A stretch of 64,000 nt of DNA from an uncultured Gemmatimonadaceae bacterium (lineage in GTDB: Bacteria > Gemmatimonadota > Gemmatimonadetes > Gemmatimonadales > Gemmatimonadaceae): NCBI GenBank assembly GCA_963716745.1, contig OY970320.1, positions 3,072,001-3,136,000 on the forward strand, given 5' to 3'. Position numbers and translations under genes: made by a program. Positions 9,277 through 19,555 of the stretch are shown here, piece by piece; position 1 is the first letter of the stretch, and each line of letters begins with the position of its first letter. Below the pieces are notes generated by a model, which ran no database searches, was not told the DNA's origin, and saw only the letters and a list, made by a program, of their open reading frames with translations.

Positions 9277-10377
9277 TCACACGTTGAACCGGAAGAGCAG
9301 TACATCCCCATCCGCCACGACGTACTCCTTTCCTTCCGATCTCACCGCCCCTTTCTCCTTCGCGCCTTTCCATCCGCCCATGGAAATGAAATCCGGATAC
9401 GCCACCGTCTCCGCCCGAATGAATCCATGCTCGAAATCGGTGTGGATCACTCCCGCCGCGGCCGGCGCGCGATCGCCTTTGTGGATGGTCCACGCGCGCA
9501 CTTCCTGCTCGCCGGCGGTGAAGTACGTCTGCAGGCCGAGCAGTTCGTAGCCGGCGCGGATCAAGCGGTCCAGTCCCGCGCTCGTGAGTCCCAGCGACGC
9601 GAGGAAATCCTCGCGGTCCGCCGGCGGAAGCTCCGCGAGCTCGGCCTCGATCTTCGCGGAGAAGGGCACCACCTGCGCGTGCTCGCCGCTCTTGGCCACG
9701 GCGGCGCGCAGCGCTTTCAAGTGCGCGCCTTCGTCGCCGGTCAATTCGTGGTCGGTCACATTCGCGGCGTACAGCACCGGCTTCGCGGTGAGCAGCGCCA
9801 GCGGCTTGAGCAGCGCGCGCTGCTCATCGGTGAGCTTCACTTCCCACAGCCCGCGCCCCGCGGACAGCGCCTCGAACGCGGCCTCGAGCGCGGGCAGCTC
9901 CGCCAGCGCCTCCTTCTCCATGGACTTCGCCGCGCGACGCGTGCGGTCGAGCCGCTTCTCCACCGCCGCGAGGTCGGCGAGCGCCAGCTCGAGCTCGATC
10001 ACCTCGCGGTCGCGCACGGGGTCCACGCCGCCCATGACGTGCGTCACGTCGGGATCCTCGAAGCACCGCACCACGTGCACGATCGCGTCGGTCTCGCGGA
10101 TGTTCGCGAGGAACTTGTTGCCGAGCCCCTCGCCGGCGGACGCGCCCTTCACGAGTCCGGCGATGTCCACGAACTCCACGGCGGCGGGCACGGTGCGCTT
10201 CGGCTGCACCAGCTCGGCGAGTTTAGCCAAGCGAGCGTCGGGCACTTCCACGATGCCGACGTTCGGCTCCACGGTGCAGAAGGGGTAGTTCGCCGCCTCC
10301 GCCTTGGCGCTCGTGAGCGCATTGAACAGCGTGGATTTTCCGACGTTGGGCAGTCCGACGATCGCAAGGCGCAGCAT
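9277..10377 (-). CDS. ychF: Redox-regulated ATPase YchF
   Basis: GLPNVGKSTLFN, ANYPFCT, DIAGLVKGAS.GEGLGNKFL, C-terminal FRFNV. Confidence 0.98.
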   Translation of the reverse strand: MLRLAIVGLPNVGKSTLFNALTSAKAEAANYPFCTVEPNVGIVEVPDARLAKLAELVQPKRTVPAAVEFVDIAGLVKGASAGEGLGNKFLANIRETDAIVHVVRCFEDPDVTHVMGGVDPVRDREVIELELALADLAAVEKRLDRTRRAAKSMEKEALAELPALEAAFEALSAGRGLWEVKLTDEQRALLKPLALLTAKPVLYAANVTDHELTGDEGAHLKALRAAVAKSGEHAQVVPFSAKIEAELAELPPADREDFLASLGLTSAGLDRLIRAGYELLGLQTYFTAGEQEVRAWTIHKGDRAPAAAGVIHTDFEHGFIRAETVAYPDFISMGGWKGAKEKGAVRSEGKEYVVADGDVLLFRFNV

Positions 10378-10384
10378 GAAGTCC

Positions 10385-10966
10385 CTATTGAGTAGTGCGA
10401 GTCTGCAAATGCATCGCCGCCGTCACGCCGTCATGCACCCAGCGCTCGGCGACTTCTACGAGCCGCGCGAAGAGCGCGAGCGTCGCCTCCCGTTCGGCCA
10501 CGGCGAACGGCGCGAGCACGAACGCGTCGAGCGGCGCGATCGGACGGTCGGTCTCCAGCGGTTTGATGCCGATGCGGAGCCGTGCGTACTCGCGCGACCC
10601 CACCTGCTTCTCGATGCTCTTGAGTCCGTTGTGCCCGCCGCTCGAGCCCTCCGCGCGCAGCCGCCACGTGCCCACCGGGATCGCGACGTCATCCACCACG
10701 GCGAGCAGATCTGTTGTCGCGCTCCACGCCGGCCGGCGCAGCCACGGCACCAATACCTCGCCGCTCAGATTCATGTACGTGAGCGGCTTCACCAGCCGAA
10801 CGTGCGCCGTGCCTACGCGCCCACCCGCCGTGAGCGCGTGGCCATCCTCCCGCCACTTCCCGAAATGCCAAACGTCGGCCAGGTGGTCCACCACCCACCA
10901 GCCGACGTTGTGGCGCGTTCTTTCGTACTGACGGCCGGGATTGCCGAGGCCGATGATGACCTTCAT
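10385..10966 (-). CDS. pth: Peptidyl-tRNA hydrolase
   Basis: GLGNPG..Y..TRHNVG, KPLTYMNLSG, GGHNGLKS, RLRIGI. Confidence 0.98.
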   Translation of the reverse strand: MKVIIGLGNPGRQYERTRHNVGWWVVDHLADVWHFGKWREDGHALTAGGRVGTAHVRLVKPLTYMNLSGEVLVPWLRRPAWSATTDLLAVVDDVAIPVGTWRLRAEGSSGGHNGLKSIEKQVGSREYARLRIGIKPLETDRPIAPLDAFVLAPFAVAEREATLALFARLVEVAERWVHDGVTAAMHLQTRTTQ

Positions 10967-11011
10967 GCGAACAGGGCGCAGCGGAGCGGGGCGACGTTCC
11001 GCCCCGTGCCG

Positions 11012-11698
11012 CTAGTCCTTCTCGTCCTCGTCGTCCTTCGCCTTCACCTTGCGGATCAGTTCGGGCTCGGCCGGCGCAGCACCCTCCACCGGAACCGCAC
11101 CCTCCGCGCCCTCCGCGACTACCGGCGTCGCCTCGACCTCGATGCGCGGCGGCACGACGACGCAGACCGTCGCGTCGATGTCCTCGAGCAGCTTGAGACC
11201 TGCGGGGATCGTGAGATCGCGCACATGCAGCGACTCATTCAGCTTGAGCACATCGACGTTCAGGTCGAAGTGGTTCGGGATGTTCGCCGGGTCCACTTCC
11301 ACGCTGATGGTGCGCATGATCTGGTCGAGCGTGCCCTGCTGATTGCGCACGCCGTCGGGCGAGCCGACCAGCACGATCGGGATGTCGACCGTCACCTTCT
11401 CACCCGCCACCAACTCCTGGAAGTCGATGTGCAGGATGTTGCGGCGGATCGGATGGCGCTGCACCTCGCGAATGAGCGAGCGCGCGACCTTGGTGCCGAT
11501 CGTGACGTCGAACACGGTGGTGTCGGCGGAGACGCGGCCGAGCATGCGGTCGAGTTCGCGCTCGTCGAGCGTGATCGCCTGCGGCTCCCGCGCGTGTCCG
11601 TAGATGATGCCGGGCACCTTCTTGTCGGCGCGCAGTTTGCGGGCCGTGCCCTTGCCGGTCGTCGCGCGGTTGTGCGCGATGAGGATCTCAGTGGCCAT
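11012..11698 (-). CDS. rplY: 50S ribosomal protein L25/Ctc
   Basis: GKG.ARKLR...VPGIIYG, HIDFQ, long Ctc form; prs-rplY-pth synteny. Confidence 0.96.
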   Translation of the reverse strand: MATEILIAHNRATTGKGTARKLRADKKVPGIIYGHAREPQAITLDERELDRMLGRVSADTTVFDVTIGTKVARSLIREVQRHPIRRNILHIDFQELVAGEKVTVDIPIVLVGSPDGVRNQQGTLDQIMRTISVEVDPANIPNHFDLNVDVLKLNESLHVRDLTIPAGLKLLEDIDATVCVVVPPRIEVEATPVVAEGAEGAVPVEGAAPAEPELIRKVKAKDDEDEKD

Positions 11699-11743
11699 GG
11701 TTCGATCTCGCTGACGGTTGCGGAAACAGTGGTGGAGCGGCGG

Positions 11744-12697
11744 TCACTCGAACAGCGAACTCACACTCTCGTCGCTGTGCGTATAGCGGATCGCTTTTGC
11801 CAGCAGCTCGCCGATCGAGAGGATGCGAAGCTTCTCGAAACGTTTGGACGGCGGCAGTGCGATCGTATCGGTCACGGTCACCTCGGCGATCGGCGCCGCG
11901 GTGAGACGCTCGACGGCGGGGCCGGAGAGCATCGCGTGCGTGGCGCAGACGTAGATATCGTTGGCGCCGAGCGCCTTGAGCGCGCGCGCCGCCTCCGAGA
12001 CCGTGCCGGCGGTGTCGATCATGTCATCGGGAATGAGACAATCCCGACCTTCCACTTCACCGACGACGTTCAGCACTTCGGCCACATTGGCCGCCGGCCG
12101 CCGTTTGTCGATGATCGCGAAGGTGCCGTTGAGCCTCTTCGCGAACCCTCTCGCCATCTTCGCACTCCCGACATCGGGCGCGACGACCACGAGATCCTTC
12201 AACGCCTTCTTCCGGTAGTGCGCGGTGAGGACCGGCGCGGCGTAGAGATGATCGACGGGAATGTCGAAGAACCCCTGCAGCGCGTGCTGGTGGAAATCGA
12301 TCCCCAGCACCCGGTCAGCCCCGGCCTTCACGATCAGGTTGGCGACGAGCTTGGCGCCGATCGCCACCCGCGGCTGGTCCTTGCGGTCCTGCCGCGAATA
12401 TCCGTAGTACGGCATCACACAGGTGATCCGGGCGGCCGAGGCCCGCCGTGCCGCGTCGATCATGAGCAACAGCTCCATGACGTTCTCGGCGGGCGGATTG
12501 GTCGGCTGCACGATGAACACATCGTGCCCGCGTACGTTCTCGTCGATGCGGACGAAGATCTCGCCGTCGGCGAATCGGCTCAGGGTGACCTTGCCGAGTT
12601 CGACGCCCAGGGTGCGGCTGATCTCCTCCGCGAGCCCCCGGTTCGCCGTGCCCGACAACAGTTTGAAGCCCCGTCGCGGAACGCTTAGATCATCCAT
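11744..12697 (-). CDS. prs: Ribose-phosphate pyrophosphokinase
   Basis: FADGEI, PYYGYSRQDRK, DDMIDTAGT. Confidence 0.98.
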   Translation of the reverse strand: MDDLSVPRRGFKLLSGTANRGLAEEISRTLGVELGKVTLSRFADGEIFVRIDENVRGHDVFIVQPTNPPAENVMELLLMIDAARRASAARITCVMPYYGYSRQDRKDQPRVAIGAKLVANLIVKAGADRVLGIDFHQHALQGFFDIPVDHLYAAPVLTAHYRKKALKDLVVVAPDVGSAKMARGFAKRLNGTFAIIDKRRPAANVAEVLNVVGEVEGRDCLIPDDMIDTAGTVSEAARALKALGANDIYVCATHAMLSGPAVERLTAAPIAEVTVTDTIALPPSKRFEKLRILSIGELLAKAIRYTHSDESVSSLFE

Positions 12698-12750
12698 GCG
12701 TCACAGCCATTAAAGTTAAGCGCGCAGAAGGGGTTATGCAACTCGTCCGA

Positions 12751-12863
12751 GACGTTAGACGTTGGACGTTAGCGATCGGCATGACAACGGATGATGTACG
12801 ACTCTCGGGCCTACTCGCGCATGACACAATTCGTTGTCATGCCTCCCACCAACGTCTAACGTC
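12751..12863. repeat. Nested inverted repeat with heptamer tandem units between tRNA-Gln and prs
   Basis: GACGTTAGACGTTGG (12751-65)/CCAACGTCTAACGTC (12849-63) enclosing GGCATGACAACG (12778-89)/CGTTGTCATGCC (12832-43). Confidence 0.85.
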
Positions 12864-12875
12864 CGTCGTGAACAG

Positions 12876-12946
12876 TTGCCCCCGGTGGATTCGAACCACC
12901 ATTACCGGATCCAAAGTCCGGAGTCCTGCCATTGGACGAGGGGGCA
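12876..12946 (-). tRNA. tRNA-Gln(TTG)
   Basis: Acceptor TGCCCCC/GGGGGCA, D arm, anticodon arm CCGGA-CTTTGGA-TCCGG, T arm GGTGG-TTCGAAT-CCACC; classic ispE-tRNA-Gln-prs position; CCA not encoded. Confidence 0.97.
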
Positions 12947-12994
12947 GCAGCCTGCGGAAGTTAGTGCCGCTGGTACAGCCACTCAAGCACGAAC

Positions 12995-13874
12995 TTACCC
13001 GAACGTCACCGGTTGCACGCTCGTTGCCGTGCGCGTGACGATCAACGAGCCCGGCAACGTGCTGTGCGAGCGCCGCGGCATCGGGCGGCAGCGCGAAGAT
13101 CCCGTAGATCGTAGAGCCCGACCCGGTCATGCGCGCGATCGACGCGCCGGAGCGGTGCAGCGCTTCTGTGATGCCCGCCAGCCCGGCGTGATGCGCCCCC
13201 ACGACCGCTTCGAAATCGTTCGCGGTGAGCGGCGCGAGCGTCTCCCACGTCGCGAAGCGGTCGAACGAAACGATCTCCGGCGCCGCGTGGAACCCGCTGC
13301 CGCGCGCGGCATCGAGCCACGCATACGCCTCCGCGGTGCTCACGCTGAAGCCGGGCTGCACCAGCGCGACGCTCCGCTCCGGGAGCGGCGGGAGCGCGAG
13401 CATTCGCTCGCCGCGGCCCGCGCCGAGCGCGAGCGGCGCGGTGCCCGTCAGGAAGGGCACATCCGCGCCCAACGGCGTTGCGATGCGCAGCAGCTCGGCT
13501 TCGCCCACCGGATGCGGCGCGAGCGCGTTCAACGCTCGCAGCACGGCACCCGCATCGGCGCTGCCACCGCCGAGGCCGGCGCCAACCGGGATCCGCTTCT
13601 CGATGCTGATCGCGAAGCCCGCGGGCCAACCCGTGGCCTCGTGCATCGCCAGCGCCGCGCGCCAGGCGAGATTCTTCTCCGGCGGACCCACGTCGGCGCC
13701 GCGCGCGTCGATCGTGCGCGCGCCCGTCGTGATGCGTACGGTCACGTCGTCGCCCAGCGCCAGCCGCTGGAACAGGGTGGCGATCTGGTGGTAGCCCGAC
13801 GCTTCGCGCGACAGCACGCGCAATCCGAGATTGATCTTCGCCTGCGCGAGCACCCGCGCGGCGCGCGTGGTCAT
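12995..13874 (-). CDS. ispE: 4-diphosphocytidyl-2-C-methyl-D-erythritol kinase (apparent +1 frameshift near 13063)
   Basis: AKINLGL, KRIPVGAGLGGGSADA, LGADVPF, NDFE, MTGSGS; shifted frame ends ...LIVTRTATSVQPVTFG-TAA before the tRNA. Confidence 0.93.
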
Positions 13875-14888
13875 GCCGCGGCGGTCTCGGCGCGCTGCAG
13901 ATCGCGCAACCGGAATCCGAGTTTCGTGAAGTAGTAGATGCCGATGAGCGTGATCGGGATGAAAGTGAGGACATGGAATCCGATCGCCCAGCTGGTAGCG
14001 AGCGACCGGTCAACGCCGTAGATGCACCGAGCCCCTGCTGGCCGACCCATCTCGAACACGCCGAAGAACCCCGGCACGCTCGGCACCGCCACGCCGATCG
14101 CGATCAATCCCTGCAGCAGCAGCGCCGCGCTGAAGGGCGCGGTGATGCCGACGGCCTTGAACGCGCAGGAGGAAGGCGACGCCGTTGAGCAGCCAGTGCG
14201 CCACCGTCCAGAGGAGTACACGGAAAAAGCGCGACGGATGGCGGAGCACGCCGAGCCCCGACGCGAAGGAGAGCAGGAGCTCGCGCCCCTGCGCCTCGTA
14301 GCTGCGGCGCGACCTTCCGCGCGAGCCATTCGTACACCGTGATCATCACCTTAGGAAAGAAGACGATCAGGTAGAGCGCTCCAAGCGCCGCCGTCGCGAC
14401 GAGCGCGCCTACCAGCACGATGTCGCCCACCTGCCAGCCTCGCCAATTGCACGTCCGGGAACGACGGCGACATCATCGCCACGAGCATGAGCATCAGCAC
14501 CACGAAGGCGTCGAACACGCGGTCCACCGCGAGCGACGCGAACGCTGCGGAGAACGTGACGCGCTCCGTTTCCTTCGAGAGCACGTACGCGCGCGCGAAC
14601 TCACCGGCGCGCGCGGGCAGCACGTTGTTCCCCGCCATGCCGATCGCCGTAGCGCGCCACAGATCCTTGAGCGGAATGCCCGGCGCGATCGGATCGAGGA
14701 TCACGCGCCAGCGGATGGCGCGCAGCGGGAAGATCAGCGTGCCGGTGACGGTCGCCGCGAGCAGATACCAGATGATTCGCGTCGCGCAGATTGCCCCAGA
14801 TCACCGCGGGATCCTGTCCGCGGAACGTCCACCAGAGCAGCCCGGCGCTGAGCGTGACGCCGAGCAGGGTGCGCCAGCGCGAGCTCAC
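13871..14888 (-). CDS. Lysylphosphatidylglycerol synthase TM domain (UPF0104 flippase-like) protein, several apparent frameshifts
   Basis: Pieces across frames: LRAIRWRVIL, GNNVLPARAGEFARAY, DRVFD, AVPSVPGFFGVFE, FHVLTFIP. Confidence 0.8.
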
Positions 14889-14894
14889 GCTGGC

Positions 14895-16649
14895 CTACTC
14901 GACGAGCGCGAGATCGAGCAGGTCGAACAGTTCGGCCACGTCTTCGGGCGTGGGCGGCGTTCCCGCGGCCTGCCACTCGTGGCGCAGTTCGGCGGCGCGC
15001 TCGAGCGCGGCGCGCCCGCGGTAGAGCAGCTGGTCGATCGGCACCGTGCCGTCGTCGTTCGGCACGATCGACGGCGCGCTCATCGGCTGGTCCTCGAGGC
15101 GGCGCAGCCCGGCGATGCCATCCTGCAGGAACGCGCGCAGCGATTCGCCGCTCGGTTCGGCGCCTGGCGCCCGGCGCGCGGCGCTCGGCGGCGCGGGCTC
15201 GGGCTCGACGCTCGGGGCCGAAGGCCATGCAGGGAAGGAGCCCGCGGGCGCCTGGGACATCGGAACGGCCGGCCGCTCGAGCGAGCGGCGCGGCGGAGGC
15301 GCGATCGGCGCGGCGGGCGGCGCCACGGGAGCCACGGGACGCACCGCCATCGGCGGCGTCGGCGTGCGCATGGGCGGGATGTCGCCGGCGAGCAGCGCCA
15401 CTGTGGAGCGGCCGGCGGTCTGCGCACTACGCGGCGCGGCGAGCTGCTCGAGCAAGCGCGCGAGCTGTTCGGGGCGCGTCTCGGGATCGGCGAGTTTCGT
15501 GGCGGCGGTGTCGAGCGCCGTGAGGCCCGCATCGTTCAGCGTCGCGACCTTCACGCTCCACTCGGCGGCGAAGCGCGCGACCTGCCGCTCACCGAAGCTG
15601 CTAGCCGCGCTGCCGAGCGCGCGCAGCGCGGTGCGGAGTTCGCGCGCCGTGTGATCGCGCGCGTCGGGCGCACGCGTGCCGCGCGCATCGCTCACCACGC
15701 GGCGCAGATGCTCGGCGAGGCTCACCACTTCCATGCGGAAGCGCTCGGCGGCGGTCGTGGGCGGCGCGCTCGCGGCGCTCACGACGTGCGGACCGGCGTC
15801 GTCGAAGAAGAGTTGTGCGATCGGGACGATGCGGTCGGCGCTGCCGCCTTCATCCGGGAGCGCCGCCATCGCGTTGTGGAAGGCGAGCACTTCGGGCGCG
15901 CCGGGGACGGGGCGGCCGCGCTGGCCAATGTCGCGCGACGCGCGGCGCAGCACCGCCGCGGCGGTCGCGAACAGCGATTTCTGTTTGGCGCTCGGCGTGG
16001 GGTGCGGCGCGCCGAGCTCGAGGCCCTTGAGCGCGCGCTCCACCGCGTCCACCACATCGGGCAGCGGCGGCATGTCCTTCAGATCGGCGACGCCGCGCAA
16101 CGCACGCACCCGCGCCGCGAGCGCGGCGATCACGCTCGTGTCCTCGGGCGATGCCACGAGCAATTCGAGCGAGCGCGCGAGGTCGGCCGTCTCGGCGGCG
16201 AGGAAATTCGCGCCGGTGAGCGGCTCGTTGTCGGCGACGGGCGTCGGGGGCGGCACGAATGGCGTTCCGCCGGGGCCGGGCGCGAGGCGATCGAGCTCGG
16301 CAGTGCGCGCCTGGGCGAGGCGGTCTTCCGCGGGCGTCCATTCGCGCACGGCGCGCACGAGGATGCGCAGATCGTCCACCGCGGCCACGACCGCGGCGCT
16401 CGCGGCGGGCGTCCAGCCCATCGCGCGATTGCGCAGCGCGCGCGCGACGCGCTCGAGGGCGCCGGCGATGTCGGCGATGCCGTACTGGCGGGACATCGTG
16501 GCGCTGCCGCGCAGGGCGCGCGCGTAGCGGCCAAACGAATCGGCGTTGGGGCCGGCCGGACCGGCGGATGTGAGCAGGTTGTCGAGGCGCTCGATGTACT
16601 CGCTCGCTTCGACGATGAAGAAGTCCAGCACTCCGGCCGATGCCGTCAT
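14895..16649 (-). CDS. Hpt-like (CheA P1-like) repeat protein
   Basis: LDFFIVEASEYIERLD...ARALRGSA; two further helical repeats; Pro-rich linker. Confidence 0.6.
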   Translation of the reverse strand: MTASAGVLDFFIVEASEYIERLDNLLTSAGPAGPNADSFGRYARALRGSATMSRQYGIADIAGALERVARALRNRAMGWTPAASAAVVAAVDDLRILVRAVREWTPAEDRLAQARTAELDRLAPGPGGTPFVPPPTPVADNEPLTGANFLAAETADLARSLELLVASPEDTSVIAALAARVRALRGVADLKDMPPLPDVVDAVERALKGLELGAPHPTPSAKQKSLFATAAAVLRRASRDIGQRGRPVPGAPEVLAFHNAMAALPDEGGSADRIVPIAQLFFDDAGPHVVSAASAPPTTAAERFRMEVVSLAEHLRRVVSDARGTRAPDARDHTARELRTALRALGSAASSFGERQVARFAAEWSVKVATLNDAGLTALDTAATKLADPETRPEQLARLLEQLAAPRSAQTAGRSTVALLAGDIPPMRTPTPPMAVRPVAPVAPPAAPIAPPPRRSLERPAVPMSQAPAGSFPAWPSAPSVEPEPAPPSAARRAPGAEPSGESLRAFLQDGIAGLRRLEDQPMSAPSIVPNDDGTVPIDQLLYRGRAALERAAELRHEWQAAGTPPTPEDVAELFDLLDLALVE

Positions 16650-16707
16650 CCGATCTCCGACAGATGGTGGTGGTACCCTGCGAAGCTATCCGGCGCCCGG
16701 CGGTGGG

Positions 16708-17446
16708 TCAACGAGAAATCCCGCGTGCCGCATCCATCGCCGCGCGCATCTCACGCACCGCCGCGGCGATCCCGATGAACACCGAGCGGCTCACAATGGA
16801 ATGACCGATGTTCAGCTCTTCGATCTCGGGGATCGCGGCCACCGGCGCGACGTTCCGCACCGTGAGCCCGTGTCCCGCATGCACCGCCAGTCCGAGCGCG
16901 GCACCCAACGATGAAGCCTCCGCAAGGGCGGCGAGCGTGGCGCTGTCGTGCGGGTGGTGCGCGTACGCGCCGGTGTGGAACTCCACCGCGTCCGCGCCCA
17001 GATCGCGCGAGCGCCGCACCGCGTCCTCCGCGGGGGCGATGAATAGACTCGTACGCACCCCCGCGCGTTTCAGGCGCGCGAGTCCGGCGGTGAGACGCGC
17101 GGGATCGCGGGCGACATCGAGTCCGCCTTCGGTCGTGACCTCCTCGCGCCGCTCGGGCACGAGCGTCACCTGGTGCGGCCGCAGGCGCTCGGCGATCGCG
17201 AGCATCTCGTCGGTGAGCGCCATCTCGAGGTTGAACTCGGTGCGGACGGCGCGCGCGAGGAGCTCGATGTCGTCGTCCTGCATGTGGCGCCGGTCCTCGC
17301 GCAGATGCGCGGTGATGCCGTCGGCGCCGGCTTGCTCGCAGAGTGCGGCCGCGGCGACGGGGTCGGGCTCGTCGGTGCGCGCGCGCCTGCCGGATCGTGG
17401 CGACGTGATCGACGTTGATATAGAGACGCTGCAGGGTTGCTCGCAT
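16708..17446 (-). CDS. pdxJ: Pyridoxine 5'-phosphate synthase (apparent frameshift near 17385)
   Basis: NVDHVATIRQAR in one frame joins EPDPV...GADGITAHLREDRRH...HAGHGL...ELNIGH in the next. Confidence 0.95.
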
Positions 17447-17494
17447 GTTGGCTGTCCGCTAGTTTCGCTCGTGTCTGCCAACCGGGCGAGCCGA

Positions 17495-17965
17495 ATGACA
17501 CGCACACTGCTCATGATGCTGATCCTGGCCGGCTGCGCGTCCACGCCGGCCTACAAGGGCAACCCGGCGAACGCACCGCCGACGACGGCGGGCGACCCCG
17601 GCGCCGCGACGCCCGATCTCGCGGTGAAGGCGTTCATGGCCGCGATCAATGCGCAGGACGTGGATGCGCTCGGCCTCATCTGGGGCTCCGAGAAGGGACC
17701 CGCCGTGGACCTCCCGGCGAAGGACCAGCTCCCGCAGCGCGCGATGATCATGCAGTGCTACCTCAAGCATGACAGTTATCAGATCGTGAACGATGTGGTG
17801 GCGAGCGAGAAGGTGCACGTCATGACGCTCTCGGTCACCAAGGGCACGTTCACGCGCCAGACCACTACGAAGGTGTTCCTCGGGCCGAACAACCGCTGGT
17901 TCGTCGGCGAGACCGATCTGCAGCCGCTCAAGGACCTGTGCTCGGGGCAGAGCACCACGAAGTGA
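17495..17965 (+). CDS. Hypothetical lipoprotein
   Basis: MTRTLLMMLILAGC lipobox; strong GC3 codon bias. Confidence 0.75.
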   Translation: MTRTLLMMLILAGCASTPAYKGNPANAPPTTAGDPGAATPDLAVKAFMAAINAQDVDALGLIWGSEKGPAVDLPAKDQLPQRAMIMQCYLKHDSYQIVNDVVASEKVHVMTLSVTKGTFTRQTTTKVFLGPNNRWFVGETDLQPLKDLCSGQSTTK

Positions 17966-18000
17966 GCGCAGGGGCCGGGAACTCATCGCCGCCTGGGTGA

Positions 18001-18411
18001 TTAATATTCGGTGAGTTCGATGAGCACGCCCGCCGTGGACGACGGGTGCAGGAAGGCGATGCGTTTGCCTTCGGCGCCCACGCGGGGGGTCTCGTCGATC
18101 AATCGCAGTCCGGCGGTCCGGCAGCGCGCAAGCGCCGCCTCGAGGTCGGGCACGGCGAAGCAGAGATGATGGATCCCGGGCCCGCGCTTTTCGATGAACT
18201 TGGCAATGGGCGAATCGGGGAGGGCGGGCTCGAGGAGTTCGACCAGCGTGTCACCGGCCGCGAGACCGGCGATGTGCGCGCCGTCGGCGTCATCCAGCGG
18301 TGCGTCCTCGAGGCCGAGGACGTCGCGGTATAAGGGCAAGATCGTCTCGAGCGAGCGGACGGCGATGCCGATGTGGGCAAGCGTCACGCCGCGGCGGGAT
18401 GCAGGTTTCAC
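18001..18411 (-). CDS. mce: Methylmalonyl-CoA epimerase
   Basis: HIGIAV, VELLEP, FIEKRGPGIHHLCFAV, AFLHP, GVLIEL. Confidence 0.92.
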   Translation of the reverse strand: MKPASRRGVTLAHIGIAVRSLETILPLYRDVLGLEDAPLDDADGAHIAGLAAGDTLVELLEPALPDSPIAKFIEKRGPGIHHLCFAVPDLEAALARCRTAGLRLIDETPRVGAEGKRIAFLHPSSTAGVLIELTEY

Positions 18412-18497
18412 GACGATCGCGCTCCGGGAACGGGGGGCGACAGGAATCTAACGAGAGATGCGCGGCGAGCGAGTCCGCGCCGGAGAGAGAGCACTCA

Positions 18498-18827
18498 ATG
18501 TCGAACACAGCAGCAGTGACGGATGCGGATTTCGAGACCGAGGTGGAGAAGCACGACGGGCTGACGCTCGTCGACTTCTGGGCGACGTGGTGCGGACCAT
18601 GCCGCATGGTGGGTCCGATCGTCGACCAGCTCGCGACCGAGTACGCGGGGAAGGCGAAGGTGATGAAGATGGATGTGGACGCGAACATCCGGACGTCGAC
18701 GCGCTACAACGTGCGGAGTATCCCGACGATCCTGTTCTTCAAGGGCGGGAAAGTGGTGGATATGGTCGTCGGCGCGATGCCGAAGGCGACGTACGAGGCG
18801 AAGATCCAGCAGCACACCGCTGCCTGA
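18498..18827 (+). CDS. trxA: Thioredoxin
   Basis: VDFWATWCGPCRMV, RSIPT. Confidence 0.97.
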   Translation: MSNTAAVTDADFETEVEKHDGLTLVDFWATWCGPCRMVGPIVDQLATEYAGKAKVMKMDVDANIRTSTRYNVRSIPTILFFKGGKVVDMVVGAMPKATYEAKIQQHTAA

Positions 18828-18835
18828 ACTGCAGG

Positions 18836-18882
18836 GGCGCGTCTAGCAACTGAGCGTGTGGCACGGCGAGGGCGCGTGTGGG
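18836..18882 (+). repeat. Degenerate copy of the four-helix-bundle inverted-repeat arm
   Basis: 40/47 identity by hand alignment to the reverse complement of 23516-23561, including CAACTGAGCGT. Confidence 0.8.
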
Positions 18883-18903
18883 AGATCCCACACGCGCCTT
18901 TTT
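18871..18903 (+). terminator. Rho-independent terminator after trxA
   Basis: GGCGCGTGTGGG-AGAT-CCCACACGCGCC followed by TTTTT. Confidence 0.85.
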
Positions 18904-18909
18904 CGCGCT

Positions 18910-19404
18910 CTAGAACGTGCGGCGCTCCTGGATCTGGTTGACGTCGATCCCGCCCGGCACCGTGTAGACGGCGGTGACGTCGAGTGAGTAGGAACTCTTG
19001 ATGATCACCATCCCCTCGAAGAAGGGATTGTTGTTGAGCTTGAGCCTGTTCTCGACGTCCTGGCAATCGGTCGCGAGGCCGAAATCGGGGGCGAGAGAGT
19101 CACTGGAGATCGGCTTGATGAATTGCGGCCTCTCCGCTCCCGGCGGGAGCGTGATGATGAGCCCTTTGGTGAAGTGGATCACTGAGTCGGTCTCGTTCGC
19201 GATGTTGATGGTGGTGGCGTAGCGCTGAGTCACGACCCCGGCGCTAACGGCCGCGGGCTTCGAGGTCGTCGCGATGCCGCACACCATCTTGACCGTGTAC
19301 TCATACCAGAATTGCCGCAGGGGCGGCGGTGCGGATGTGGCGCCCGTGAGCGCGACGGTGAAGGAGGCGAGGAACACGAGCGTGGCGGCGCGGGCACGTG
19401 ACAT
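18910..19404 (-). CDS. Secreted hypothetical protein
   Basis: Signal peptide; YTVKMVCG...YATTINIAN...DC motif pattern; good codon bias. Confidence 0.75.
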   Translation of the reverse strand: MSRARAATLVFLASFTVALTGATSAPPPLRQFWYEYTVKMVCGIATTSKPAAVSAGVVTQRYATTINIANETDSVIHFTKGLIITLPPGAERPQFIKPISSDSLAPDFGLATDCQDVENRLKLNNNPFFEGMVIIKSSYSLDVTAVYTVPGGIDVNQIQERRTF

Positions 19405-19555
19405 ATGATCCCCCTATGGCGATGAAAGCGAATTCACGCTACGGCGCTCGAACGATGACCGCAACTGCCGGTGATCGGCGCTTGTTGTGCTTCGTCCCAT
19501 TGCGTCCCGCTGGGCCGGAATGCACGCTAGATGCAACTTCTCACCGGAGCCCGTC

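Noticed and set aside
10304..12688. Long antisense ORFs (this 794-aa one and many other Arg/Ala-rich ORFs)
   Set aside because: Shadow frames of high-GC genes, with no motifs and opposite well-identified housekeeping genes
12876..12946. tRNA-anchored genomic island or prophage
   Set aside because: No integrase, no duplicated tRNA 3' end seen, and native ispE-tRNA-prs synteny is intact
12837..12994. IspE C-terminal extension through tRNA-Gln
   Set aside because: Artefact of the frameshift near 13063; the shifted frame stops at 12995
13871..14888. Pseudogene call for the flippase-like gene and other frameshifted genes
   Set aside because: Motifs are intact across frames, and the same indel pattern affects core genes, pointing to sequence error
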